Translations under genes and position numbers: made by a program
Notes under the pieces: generated by a model
Database searches by the model: none
Told to the model about the DNA's origin: nothing
Seen by the model: only the letters and a program-made list of their open reading frames with translations
Part shown: piece after piece, positions 9,270 to 17,690 of the stretch
How the letters are laid out: each line of letters opens with the position of its first letter
How positions within the stretch are numbered: the first letter of the stretch is position 1
Origin: an uncultured Ferruginibacter sp.
Lineage (GTDB): Bacteria; Bacteroidota; Bacteroidia; Chitinophagales; Chitinophagaceae
DNA length: 64,000 bases
Direction of reading: 5' to 3'
Assembly: GCA_963422625.1 (NCBI GenBank)
Contig: OY730416.1
Span: 835,607 to 899,606 of the forward strand

Positions 9270-11723
9270 TTACAATCCCGCCACCACTTTAGCAACCAAT
9301 ACACCTGTAATAATGGTTACTATAGACAAGCCTGCTTGTTTAACGATATCCACCACCTGGCTACCCTCTGCCTTAAATGGCACGTTTACAGTACTTCCCT
9401 CTGCAACCCTTGGATAGAAGTGTAAAAAGAAAAGGTTTTTAGTTCGCCTGCTTTTTCCATTGGCATATTGCACATATATACGGCTCTTCCATGGTCGCCT
9501 TTCAAAGCCGCCCGCTTTATCAATATAATATAAAAGGTTTGTATGCTCTTTATCAAAAGTAAGCTTCAAAGGAGATTGTACTGTTCCTTTTACATTTACA
9601 AACGGGTTTATCTCTGGAACAAAAACCACATCGTCTTCCTGCAGCACAATATCATACTTTGAATCCTTGTATTTCATTGCTTTAAATAAATCGATACTTA
9701 CCGGTTCCTGCGATACAGCACCTAAATTGGTTTTTACCGAATCTAAAATTATGCCTCCCATCGAATCGGTTAAGGCAGGAGCATTTTTAGTTACATTATC
9801 CCTGAAGTATTGTATTTTTTTTCTGTAAAGGATGGCACCACCCAAATCGGCATTTTCTTTTACGCCGCCAGCTCTTTCAATGTAAGATGTCAGGCGCTCA
9901 TATTTACTAAGCCTTGGATAAGGGCCGGGATATTTTACCAGGCCATTAATTTGCACCAGTTGCTGCAATTCAAAGGTGGGGTTTTTTCTAACGTATATCT
10001 GATCGTAAGGTTTTAAAACAATTGCGGCAGATACACTGTCCACATCCAGGTTAGGGGATATTTTTATCTGCTTTAATATTACCCTTGTAGGTGTCTGTTC
10101 TCTTTTTGCAGAATCAAGGTCGAGTACACTTGCTATTTCAATCCTTCCATATTCTGCAGATTGCTTCAACCCGCCCGATAAATACAAAAGATCCTGCAGC
10201 GTCATCCCGCCGTATTTATTTACTTTCCCTTCTTTCCTTACTTCCCCAAATATTTCTACATACTGCCTGTCAGAAAAAGTGTTGCTGTTGAAAAGCAATA
10301 CCTGGTCATTAGGGTATAGTTCTACGTTATACTGGCTTACTATTTTCTGGTCCTTGGTAATGTCACTCAAATCCACTTCAAGCCTGTTGGAGTTTAGTTT
10401 GGTACTGTCGCCGCTACCTCTAAAAATGTATGCCCTTGGCAAGTAGGTGTTACGTGTAATACCCCCGGCACGGTTGATCACATCAAAAAGCTTATCCCCT
10501 TTTCTTATTTCGTATTGTCCCGGATAAGATACTTCGCCTTTTAACTCAACTTTATTAATTAATCCCGGATTGATGGAAGTTACCCTTACAATATCACCAT
10601 CCTGCAAAGGAAACTCTTCGTCCATAAACCTGGGATCGTGTGTGGGATTAATAATCGCTGTAGCATTTACGTCTTTAATAATTTGTTGTTCCAATTCTGT
10701 CCGGTAAACTTTAACCCCGCTTGAGAAGGCATCGTTTTGCAAGCCCCCGGAATATTTTAACAGCGCTTTCAACCCTTCGTCTTTTTTAAGCTGGTAAAAC
10801 ATGGGCCTTTTAAATTTACCTTCTGCTTTTACTCTTTTTTCTACTGTTTGTACAATTACAAAATCGTTGTTTTCTAAATAAATGTGTTTACCAAAATCGC
10901 CGGTGGTAAGATATTTGTATACATCGAGCTCATCTATAATTCTGCCGTTACGTTTAATTTGAATGGCCCTTAAATTAGCCAGATCTGTTGGGCCGCCGGC
11001 AAGTGCTATCACATTAAAAGCATTAGTAAAAGCAGATACAGTAACAGGGCCTTGTTTATTTACCTCACCGGCTACGTTAATAGATACAGTTCGTGGCTGA
11101 CCCAGGGAAACTGTAAAATTAGTGGAAGCCGGTACGTATGATTTAAAACGCTGAATAATGAGCGCACGTACCTGCTCAAAAGTTAATCCCTGTAAATAAA
11201 TTTTACCAAGGCCTGTAGGGAATATTGAACCGTCCCTTGCCACTGTATAATCTAATGTGGCTTCGGCACCGCCCCATAGCGAAACAATGATCTGGTCGTA
11301 AACCCCAATCGGGTAATCTAAAGGCGGGGTTGATAAATCTGTTATAGTTGCTACAACGCCACTTCTGAATAAATTCATACCATAGGTGGTTTCTGTAATA
11401 TTTGCAGATTGTGGTGTGGCTTCTTTTATAAGACTATCTGTATTTATTTTATTTTTATTTGCCAAAGCCCCGTTCTTATCATCCCCGATGGTTGATTTTG
11501 GGTTGGCATTTTTATCCTGTAAAATGCTTTTCAGCTGACCAGGGTCCATTTGTGTTGGTAATTGTGGTACATCCGGGCTGTTGGGATCGATCTTTACAGG
11601 AGGCTGAGCCTGTGCAACAGTTACATTTATACTAAGCAGAAAAGATAATATTATTAATGGCTTCTTTATATACTGAGTTACTTTTCCTTTGTTTACTAAC
11701 ATCTGTTGGGGATTAATTTTCAA
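9270..11723 (-). CDS. Polysaccharide export protein (Wza-like, with multiple SLBB domains)
   Basis: The ~810-aa protein has a signal peptide ending AQAQ. It contains a Poly_export-like segment (YPIGVYDQIIVSLWG) followed by repeated SLBB-type modules (V.G.V..PG.Y......L.D.I..AGG). The track start is TTG 11723, and the ATG at 11702 is probably the true start. Confidence 0.85.
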   Translation of the reverse strand: MKINPQQMLVNKGKVTQYIKKPLIILSFLLSINVTVAQAQPPVKIDPNSPDVPQLPTQMDPGQLKSILQDKNANPKSTIGDDKNGALANKNKINTDSLIKEATPQSANITETTYGMNLFRSGVVATITDLSTPPLDYPIGVYDQIIVSLWGGAEATLDYTVARDGSIFPTGLGKIYLQGLTFEQVRALIIQRFKSYVPASTNFTVSLGQPRTVSINVAGEVNKQGPVTVSAFTNAFNVIALAGGPTDLANLRAIQIKRNGRIIDELDVYKYLTTGDFGKHIYLENNDFVIVQTVEKRVKAEGKFKRPMFYQLKKDEGLKALLKYSGGLQNDAFSSGVKVYRTELEQQIIKDVNATAIINPTHDPRFMDEEFPLQDGDIVRVTSINPGLINKVELKGEVSYPGQYEIRKGDKLFDVINRAGGITRNTYLPRAYIFRGSGDSTKLNSNRLEVDLSDITKDQKIVSQYNVELYPNDQVLLFNSNTFSDRQYVEIFGEVRKEGKVNKYGGMTLQDLLYLSGGLKQSAEYGRIEIASVLDLDSAKREQTPTRVILKQIKISPNLDVDSVSAAIVLKPYDQIYVRKNPTFELQQLVQINGLVKYPGPYPRLSKYERLTSYIERAGGVKENADLGGAILYRKKIQYFRDNVTKNAPALTDSMGGIILDSVKTNLGAVSQEPVSIDLFKAMKYKDSKYDIVLQEDDVVFVPEINPFVNVKGTVQSPLKLTFDKEHTNLLYYIDKAGGFERRPWKSRIYVQYANGKSRRTKNLFFLHFYPRVAEGSTVNVPFKAEGSQVVDIVKQAGLSIVTIITGVLVAKVVAGL

Positions 11724-11747
11724 AAATTTGATGGCAAAGATAATATA

Positions 11748-12686
11748 TTATTTTAGTGGCTGCTGTAAAGCTGTTTCAAAATCATGATATATCTCTTTAA
11801 CTATAAGAGCAGCCGGTTGTATTGATTTTATTATGGCGCTTACCTGGCCTATTTCAAGTTCTCCTTCCTCCAGTTTTCCTTCAAACATGCCTTTTTTTGC
11901 CCTTCCTTTACCTAATAGTTGCTGCAGTTCTTCTGCCGATGCATGTTGTTGTTCTGCCTGCTGCACCTGTTTAAAAAATTCATTTTTTAATAACCTTACC
12001 GGGGTTAGTTTTTTTAACATTAGCATCGTATCGCCTTCGGCAGAATTTATTATGGCTTCTTTAAAATTGCTATGCGATGACGCCTCTTCGCTGGCAACAA
12101 AACGACTGCCTATCTGAACCCCATCGGCACCCAACACCATAGACGCCAACATTTGCCTGCCGGTTGCAATACCACCCGCAGCTATTACCGGGATATTGAC
12201 TGCTGTACAAACTGCAGGTATAAGCACCATCGTAGTAGTTTCTTCCCTTCCATTGTGCCCCCCTGCTTCAAAACCTTCGGCCACTACTGCATCGCAGCCG
12301 GCATCCTGGGCTTTAAGCGCAAATTTACTGCTGCTTACCACATGCACCACTTTAATGCCTTTGGCTTTTAAAATACCCGTCCAGGTTTTTGGGTTGCCTG
12401 CCGATGTAAAAACAACAGGAACTTCTTCTTCAATAATGATGTTAATATGTTTTTCGATATCAGGGTATAACAGGGGCACATTTACACCAAAAGGTTTACT
12501 GGTGGCGGCTTTGCATTTACGGATATGCTCCCGCAGTACTTCGGGATACATACTGCCGCTTCCAATAAGGCCAAGAGCGCCGGCATTACTAACAGCACTG
12601 GCAAGCCTCCATCCGCTGGCCCATATCATACCCGCCTGTATAATGGGGTAATCAATATTAAAAAGCTGTGTTATCCTGTTATTCAT
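11748..12686 (-). CDS. Nitronate monooxygenase / NAD(P)H-dependent flavin oxidoreductase (NMO, FabK-like family)
   Basis: From the ATG at 12686 the protein reads MNNRITQLFNIDYPIIQAGMIWASGWRLASAVSNAGALGLIG, and it also contains the AGGIATGRQMLA FMN-binding pattern. The first 20 codons of the track ORF are probably not translated. Confidence 0.85.
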   Translation of the reverse strand: MNNRITQLFNIDYPIIQAGMIWASGWRLASAVSNAGALGLIGSGSMYPEVLREHIRKCKAATSKPFGVNVPLLYPDIEKHINIIIEEEVPVVFTSAGNPKTWTGILKAKGIKVVHVVSSSKFALKAQDAGCDAVVAEGFEAGGHNGREETTTMVLIPAVCTAVNIPVIAAGGIATGRQMLASMVLGADGVQIGSRFVASEEASSHSNFKEAIINSAEGDTMLMLKKLTPVRLLKNEFFKQVQQAEQQHASAEELQQLLGKGRAKKGMFEGKLEEGELEIGQVSAIIKSIQPAALIVKEIYHDFETALQQPLK

Positions 12687-12806
12687 TATAAAATTGAAAC
12701 TAAGCACCTTTTTAGAAAATAGAACAAAAAGTACTTTGAAACGCAAAGTAAAAGGTTTTATTTTGTAAATCCAAGCTTTTTTAAACTGTGAAACTAAAGA
12801 AATTGT

Positions 12807-13814
12807 TTAACTTTTTTGGCCACCGCCAAGATCAATTGCAGTATTATCGCCAATATTAAGGCTGCGGCTTACACCCTTAACTTCTGCATCGCTGCCAATT
12901 AGTGAGTTATTCAATACTATTTCAAACAGGTTGGAATAGGAGCCTATAATGGAATCTTTAATGATGGCATGGTTTAGTTTGGAGTACTCGCCTATTGCCA
13001 CATTGGGCCCTACAACAGAGTTTTTTATGTCGCAGCCTTCGCCAATACTTACCGGGGGGATTATAATAGTGTTTTCAAAACTGTGCTTTTCTTCTATATT
13101 GCCGCCAAACTTTTTTAGCAGGGTGGAGTTTGATTCCAGCAAGGTTTCTTTTTTACCGCAGTCGAACCAGTTTTGAACTTTAAACGGCTGAAACTTAACG
13201 CCATTTTGAATCATACATTCCAGCGCATCAGTTAAATTAAATTCATCATAGCTTTTTATTCCGGCGTTAATTATCTTATCTATGCACGAAAACAAGAAAC
13301 CTGTTTCTTTAATTTTATATACCCCCACCAACGCCATATTACTTTTTGGGATCGCAGGTTTTTCCACCACCCGGTTTACAAAACCATCCTCATCTATTTC
13401 TGCCACGCCAAAATTGCGGGGGTCATCTACCTTTTTTACCCCAAGCATGGAATAAGCGGTACCGATAACTTCTTTTACATCATATTCTGCAATAGTATCA
13501 CCAAGTACAATCAGTACTTCATCATCGCCAATTATTTCTTTTGTAAGGTTTATGGCATGCCCGGTGCCATGCCTTTCGTTCTGCTGCACAAAATGGCAAT
13601 TGAGCTGCGGATATTTTTCTTTTACATAATCCTGTATTTTTTCGCCCAGGTACCCTATAATAAAAACAAAATCATTTATGCCGGCATCCCTCAACTGATC
13701 TATAATAATACTGAGTATGGTTTTTCCTGCCAGGGGAATTAACGCTTTGGGTTGTGTGTATGTATGCGGACGAAGTTTAGTGCCTGCGCCTGCAACCGGT
13801 ATTATGGCCTTCAT
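12807..13814 (-). CDS. Sugar-phosphate nucleotidyltransferase with a C-terminal left-handed beta-helix
   Basis: The N-terminus is MKAIIPVAGAGTKLRPHTYTQPKALIPLAGK (the GxGTRL-type NTP-transferase motif). The C-terminal part has hexapeptide-like repeats (IGEGCDIKNSVVGPNVAIGEYSKL...). Confidence 0.8.
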   Translation of the reverse strand: MKAIIPVAGAGTKLRPHTYTQPKALIPLAGKTILSIIIDQLRDAGINDFVFIIGYLGEKIQDYVKEKYPQLNCHFVQQNERHGTGHAINLTKEIIGDDEVLIVLGDTIAEYDVKEVIGTAYSMLGVKKVDDPRNFGVAEIDEDGFVNRVVEKPAIPKSNMALVGVYKIKETGFLFSCIDKIINAGIKSYDEFNLTDALECMIQNGVKFQPFKVQNWFDCGKKETLLESNSTLLKKFGGNIEEKHSFENTIIIPPVSIGEGCDIKNSVVGPNVAIGEYSKLNHAIIKDSIIGSYSNLFEIVLNNSLIGSDAEVKGVSRSLNIGDNTAIDLGGGQKS

Positions 13815-13905
13815 GCTTTAACTATTTGTGAAGCGTTTTTTTAAAAGGATGTGAAATTAGTGATTTTTTGATAAGCCCATGTATTTTTTACACTATCCCG
13901 CCTAA

Positions 13906-13968
13906 AGGGTCGCCAACCTTAATAATTCCTTTATAAATTGTCCTGTCATTAAAAAGGTTGGCAACCCT
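13906..13968. promoter_or_regulatory. 15-bp inverted repeat in the divergent promoter region upstream of glyA
   Basis: The arms are agggtcgccaacctt and aaggttggcaaccct, with one mismatch and a 33-nt spacer. The right arm ends 9 nt before the candidate -7 box. Confidence 0.35.
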
Positions 13969-13976
13969 CTTGCAAT

Positions 13977-13984
13977 TATCTTTG
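13977..13984 (+). promoter_or_regulatory. Candidate -7 promoter element (TAtcTTTG) for glyA
   Basis: It matches TAnnTTTG 18 nt upstream of the glyA ATG. This is a motif match only. Confidence 0.3.
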
Positions 13985-14001
13985 CGCAAAAATTATAATT
14001 A

Positions 14002-15282
14002 ATGCAAAGAGATACCGTAATTTTTGACCTTATCAATAAAGAATTAGAAAGACAGCGCAATGGAATTGAACTAATTGCCTCCGAAAATTTTACCAGCCTG
14101 CAGGTAATGGAGGCCATGGGCACTTCTTTAACCAATAAATATGCTGAAGGTTATCCTGGTCGCAGGTACTATGGCGGTTGCGAAATTGTAGACCAGGTGG
14201 AACAATTGGCTATCGACCGTTTAAAACAGATCTTTAATTGCGAATACGCCAATGTGCAACCGCATAGCGGCGCCCAGGCCAATGCCGCATTACTGCTGGC
14301 CATTTTGCAACCCGGCGATAAAATACTGGGATTAGATTTAAGCATGGGCGGCCACCTTACTCACGGCAGCGCTGTAAATTTTAGCGGTAAATTATACGTA
14401 CCCGTTTTTTATGGTGTAAAAAAAGATACCGGCCTGATAGATTATGAAATGCTGGAAGAAAAGGCCCGTACTGAAAAGCCAAAAGTTATCATTTGCGGCG
14501 CCAGTGCTTACAGCCGCGATATAGATTATGCAAGAATTAGAAAAGTGGCCAACGAAATTGGTGCTTTTGTTTGGTGCGATATGGCACACCCTGCCGGCCT
14601 GATAGCAAAAGACTTATTAAGTTCGCCATTTGACCATTGCCATTTTGTAACCAGTACCACTCACAAAACTTTGCGTGGGCCACGAGGCGGTATCATTTTA
14701 ATGAAAAAAGATTTTGATAACCCCTTTGGCTTAAAAGACGTGAAAGGAAATATCAGGCCAATGAGCAATTTGCTGGACATGGCAGTATTTCCCGGTACAC
14801 AGGGCGGCCCGCTGGAGCATGTTATTGCTGCAAAAGCAATTGCTTTCGGAGAAATACTGACTGATGAATTTACTGTTTACGTCAAACAGGTAATTGCCAA
14901 TGCCCAGGCAATGGCTAAAGCTTTTACTGCAAAAGAATACCAGATAGTTAGCGGAGGTACCGATAACCATTTAATGCTTATAGATCTTAGAAATAAAAAT
15001 ATCAGCGGCAAAAAAGCGGAGCAGGTTTTGGGCAAGGCTGATATTACCGTTAATAAGAACATGGTACCGTACGATGATAAAAGTGCTTTTGTAACCAGTG
15101 GTATACGCATTGGCGTACCCGCAATTACCACCAGGGGAATGAAAGAAGAGCACATGGCATCGGTAGTAAACTTTATTGATAAGGCTTTAATGAATGCCGA
15201 TGATGAAGCTGTGTTGGCTGCCCTTGCAAAAGAAGTTAAAGCATTTATGCAACAATTTCCTTTATACCCGGAACTGGTTTAG
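14002..15282 (+). CDS. glyA: Serine hydroxymethyltransferase
   Basis: The 426-aa protein has the PLP-lysine motif [14 protein letters not shown]. It also has the N-terminal [36 protein letters not shown] motif. Confidence 0.97.
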   Translation: MQRDTVIFDLINKELERQRNGIELIASENFTSLQVMEAMGTSLTNKYAEGYPGRRYYGGCEIVDQVEQLAIDRLKQIFNCEYANVQPHSGAQANAALLLAILQPGDKILGLDLSMGGHLTHGSAVNFSGKLYVPVFYGVKKDTGLIDYEMLEEKARTEKPKVIICGASAYSRDIDYARIRKVANEIGAFVWCDMAHPAGLIAKDLLSSPFDHCHFVTSTTHKTLRGPRGGIILMKKDFDNPFGLKDVKGNIRPMSNLLDMAVFPGTQGGPLEHVIAAKAIAFGEILTDEFTVYVKQVIANAQAMAKAFTAKEYQIVSGGTDNHLMLIDLRNKNISGKKAEQVLGKADITVNKNMVPYDDKSAFVTSGIRIGVPAITTRGMKEEHMASVVNFIDKALMNADDEAVLAALAKEVKAFMQQFPLYPELV

Positions 15283-15289
15283 AGGTTCA

Positions 15290-15366
15290 GGAGTTTAGAG
15301 GTTTAGGGAGGCGATTACTAAACTCCTAAACCTCTAAACTCCTAAACCCCTAAACTCCTAAACTTA
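15290..15366. repeat. 18-bp perfect hairpin embedded in a tandem octamer array (TAAACYCC x6 plus about three inverted units)
   Basis: The sequence ggagtttagaggtttagg (15290-15307) is exactly complementary to cctaaacctctaaactcc (15325-15342). The octamers taaactcc/taaacctc/taaactcc/taaacccc/taaactcc/taaactta occupy 15319-15366. Confidence 0.8.
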
Positions 15367-15371
15367 CTTTT

Positions 15372-15782
15372 ATGATACAACGCATTCAATCTGTATGGCT
15401 ATTACTTGCAGCAGTTTGCATTGGCCTTACAGTAAAACTTCCTTATTACAGTGGCACCAATGCAAAAGGTGTTGCTTCGTATGAATTAAATGCCAGGGAA
15501 GATTTCCTGCTTTTTACTGTAACAATTATTACAACATTACTGGCCTTGCTCATCATATTTTTTTATAAGAAAAGGCCGCTGCAGTTAAGATTGTGTGTAT
15601 TGGGCATTGCGCTGGAAGCATTGCTTATCTTTTTATACTATCGCCAGGTAAGCACTTTTACACTGGGCACTTATTCTTTGTGGTCTATTTTGCATGCCGT
15701 GGCAGTGATACTGTTTTTTTTAGCGGCAAGAGCCATTAATAAAGATGAAAAACTTATTAAGGATAGTGACCGGTTAAGGTAA
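15372..15782 (+). CDS. DUF4293-like small membrane protein
   Basis: The 136-aa protein begins MIQRIQSVWLLLAAV and has four predicted TM helices. This layout is typical of the Bacteroidota DUF4293 family. Confidence 0.65.
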   Translation: MIQRIQSVWLLLAAVCIGLTVKLPYYSGTNAKGVASYELNAREDFLLFTVTIITTLLALLIIFFYKKRPLQLRLCVLGIALEALLIFLYYRQVSTFTLGTYSLWSILHAVAVILFFLAARAINKDEKLIKDSDRLR

Positions 15783-15805
15783 CCATTTCAAAAAAATATT
15801 ATAAT

Positions 15806-15848
15806 AAAAAAGAGAAGTCAAGTTTTGAAAACTTGACTTCTCTTTTTT
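15806..15848. terminator. Bidirectional terminator and copy A of a 27-nt palindromic element
   Basis: The sequence aaaaagagaagtcaagttttgaaaacttgacttctctttttt forms a perfect long stem with an A-run and a T-run on the flanks. It sits between convergent genes. Confidence 0.8.
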
Positions 15849-15875
15849 ATTATAGATTGATGTGTGTGAACTAAA

Positions 15876-17267
15876 TTATTGTTTGATGAATTTAACCGTG
15901 TTGGTTTGTCCATCACTGAAAATACCTTTGATAAAGTAAGTTCCACCAGTTAAACCCGCTACATCCAAATTAACGATGGTTGATCCGGACTGAACCTGTA
16001 CAGTATTTTTAGATACCACTTTACCTTCAATAGAAACAACAGATAATTCTACTTTATCTTTTTTAGAAGTAGTAATACTTAACTGTGCGGTATTGCTAAC
16101 CGGGTTAGGCAATACACCTGCCAATTGCATATCTTTTGCCTGGCCGCCTACTTTTACAATAGCAGTGTAAGTTTCCCTTCCGTCTACATCCACCATTTTA
16201 ATACGGTAGAAGCTGGTACCAGCTAATGCACTTGTACTTGCATCATCATAACTAAATGGCTGAGCACAACGGGCCTGGCTTGCAGTAATAGTATTAATAG
16301 CAGTAAAGTTTCTGCCATCAGAAGAACGCTCAATTACAAAAGTAGCCTGTGTGCTGCTGCATTCTGCCTGCCAGTTTAAGGTGTTTACGTTTGTACCTTT
16401 ACCTGCATTAAAATAATAAATTTTAATTGGTAATGGTGCACCTGCGGGACTTAACTGTGCCCAAGCAAATGCTGAGTTATTGGCCTGAGTAGATCCAATA
16501 CCGTAACCTGCTTTAAAACCATCCAATAAGGCAGCAGCGCCAGCTGAGTTTTGAGTTAATTGCAAAGATGTAATAGCATCTGTGTTTGGAGCAGCACCAT
16601 CAGTACCACCCAGCACACTGGCCGCAGCAGAACCTGTAGTTGGCTCAGTGCTTCCTGTACTTGGATTAACCCACATGTACACATTATCATTACCTGTACC
16701 TGAAACAACATCGTAACGAATTACTATCAGGTATACTGTGGCAAAATTATAGTTAGCACCTGCAAAAGTTGCACCTGTATTACCGGTTTTGTTTACGCCA
16801 AATTTTAAATTGGCTCCGCCACCTGCATCACCAATAAAAAAATTAGCAAGGGATGCACCACTATTACTTCTTAAAGAGACAACCGCTCTTGTTGAAGCAT
16901 TTGCTGTTCCTGTATTGGCACTGCTACCAACCCTTACTACGAAAGAGTAATAAATTGAAGCTGTAGTAGCTGTAATTGTAGTTGAACCAATGAAGGTTTT
17001 GTACGGATCATCTAAAAAATTGCCATTTACTATACTTACATAGTTGGCACCACTGGTATAAGTTGGATAAGTCATTGAAGTAGCATTTGCCACCTGAACG
17101 TACCCTGCTGCACTGGGATTCGTCCAGGTGCCATTAGCAGTGGTTAAATTTCCCAGGGCTACACCTGTAAAATTTTGATTTAATAAAAGACTTCCTGTTT
17201 GAGAAAATCCGAATACTGAGCATAATAGCAAAGCAATAAGAGGTAAAAACTTTTTCATGTTGTCCAT
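15876..17267 (-). CDS. Secreted protein with a T9SS type A C-terminal sorting domain
   Basis: It has a signal peptide (MKKFLPLIALLLCSVFGFSQ). The C-terminal ~80 aa (LPNPVSNTAQLSI...LDVAGLTGGTYFIKGIFSDGQTNTVKFIKQ) match the Por/T9SS CTD pattern. Confidence 0.75.
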   Translation of the reverse strand: MDNMKKFLPLIALLLCSVFGFSQTGSLLLNQNFTGVALGNLTTANGTWTNPSAAGYVQVANATSMTYPTYTSGANYVSIVNGNFLDDPYKTFIGSTTITATTASIYYSFVVRVGSSANTGTANASTRAVVSLRSNSGASLANFFIGDAGGGANLKFGVNKTGNTGATFAGANYNFATVYLIVIRYDVVSGTGNDNVYMWVNPSTGSTEPTTGSAAASVLGGTDGAAPNTDAITSLQLTQNSAGAAALLDGFKAGYGIGSTQANNSAFAWAQLSPAGAPLPIKIYYFNAGKGTNVNTLNWQAECSSTQATFVIERSSDGRNFTAINTITASQARCAQPFSYDDASTSALAGTSFYRIKMVDVDGRETYTAIVKVGGQAKDMQLAGVLPNPVSNTAQLSITTSKKDKVELSVVSIEGKVVSKNTVQVQSGSTIVNLDVAGLTGGTYFIKGIFSDGQTNTVKFIKQ

Positions 17268-17317
17268 TTTTAATTTTTGAAATAATAAAATTTGATAAGC
17301 TGATGGTTTAACTCAGC

Positions 17318-17509
17318 AGGAAATGGACAGGATGGCTTCTTAAGTATTGGAGGATTGTTTCAGAATTATATTTAATACTTATTTATTTTTAATAAATGAG
17401 TATGCAATGTCTGGTGCATAAAACAATAGGAAATGGACAAATGTTTTTTTGAGGATTGAGGATTGTTTCAGATTTGTAACCGCAAGGTCACTCATTTATT
17501 TAATAAAAG
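17318..17509. repeat. Two copies of a ~90-bp segment with a ~110-bp period, in the intergenic region upstream of the T9SS-substrate gene
   Basis: The blocks aggaaatggaca (17318-17329 and 17428-17439) and gaggattgtttcaga (17350-17364 and 17458-17472) are identical between copies. Both copies are followed by tYatttattt..aataaa. Confidence 0.6.
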
Positions 17510-17690
17510 TAACTCTGTTAAAATAAATTTTAGATTCTATGTTCCTTGGTATTGGGTACAGAGCCTATTAGGAGTAGATAAGGTTTAGGGTACTTATTTA
17601 CGCCGTAAAAATACGCAGTAGTTTTATATTTTGCAACATTTTTTTAACAAAATTAAAAATGTAGCTGTTATTCTACAAAACAAGCGTTGA

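Noticed and set aside
13900-14001. A ZTP (pfl) or THF riboswitch in front of glyA
   Set aside because: The GGGTCG-like word is present, but the conserved CCGCCTGGGC-type 3' sub-domain is absent. In addition, the inverted repeat lies upstream of the candidate -7 box, so it is probably not in the transcript.
15283-15366. A CRISPR array or telomere-like repeat (TTTAGGG words)
   Set aside because: The units are only 8 nt, are contiguous without spacers and form a hairpin. This is a short tandem or inverted intergenic repeat, not a CRISPR array. The similarity to telomere repeats is coincidental in a bacterial chromosome.
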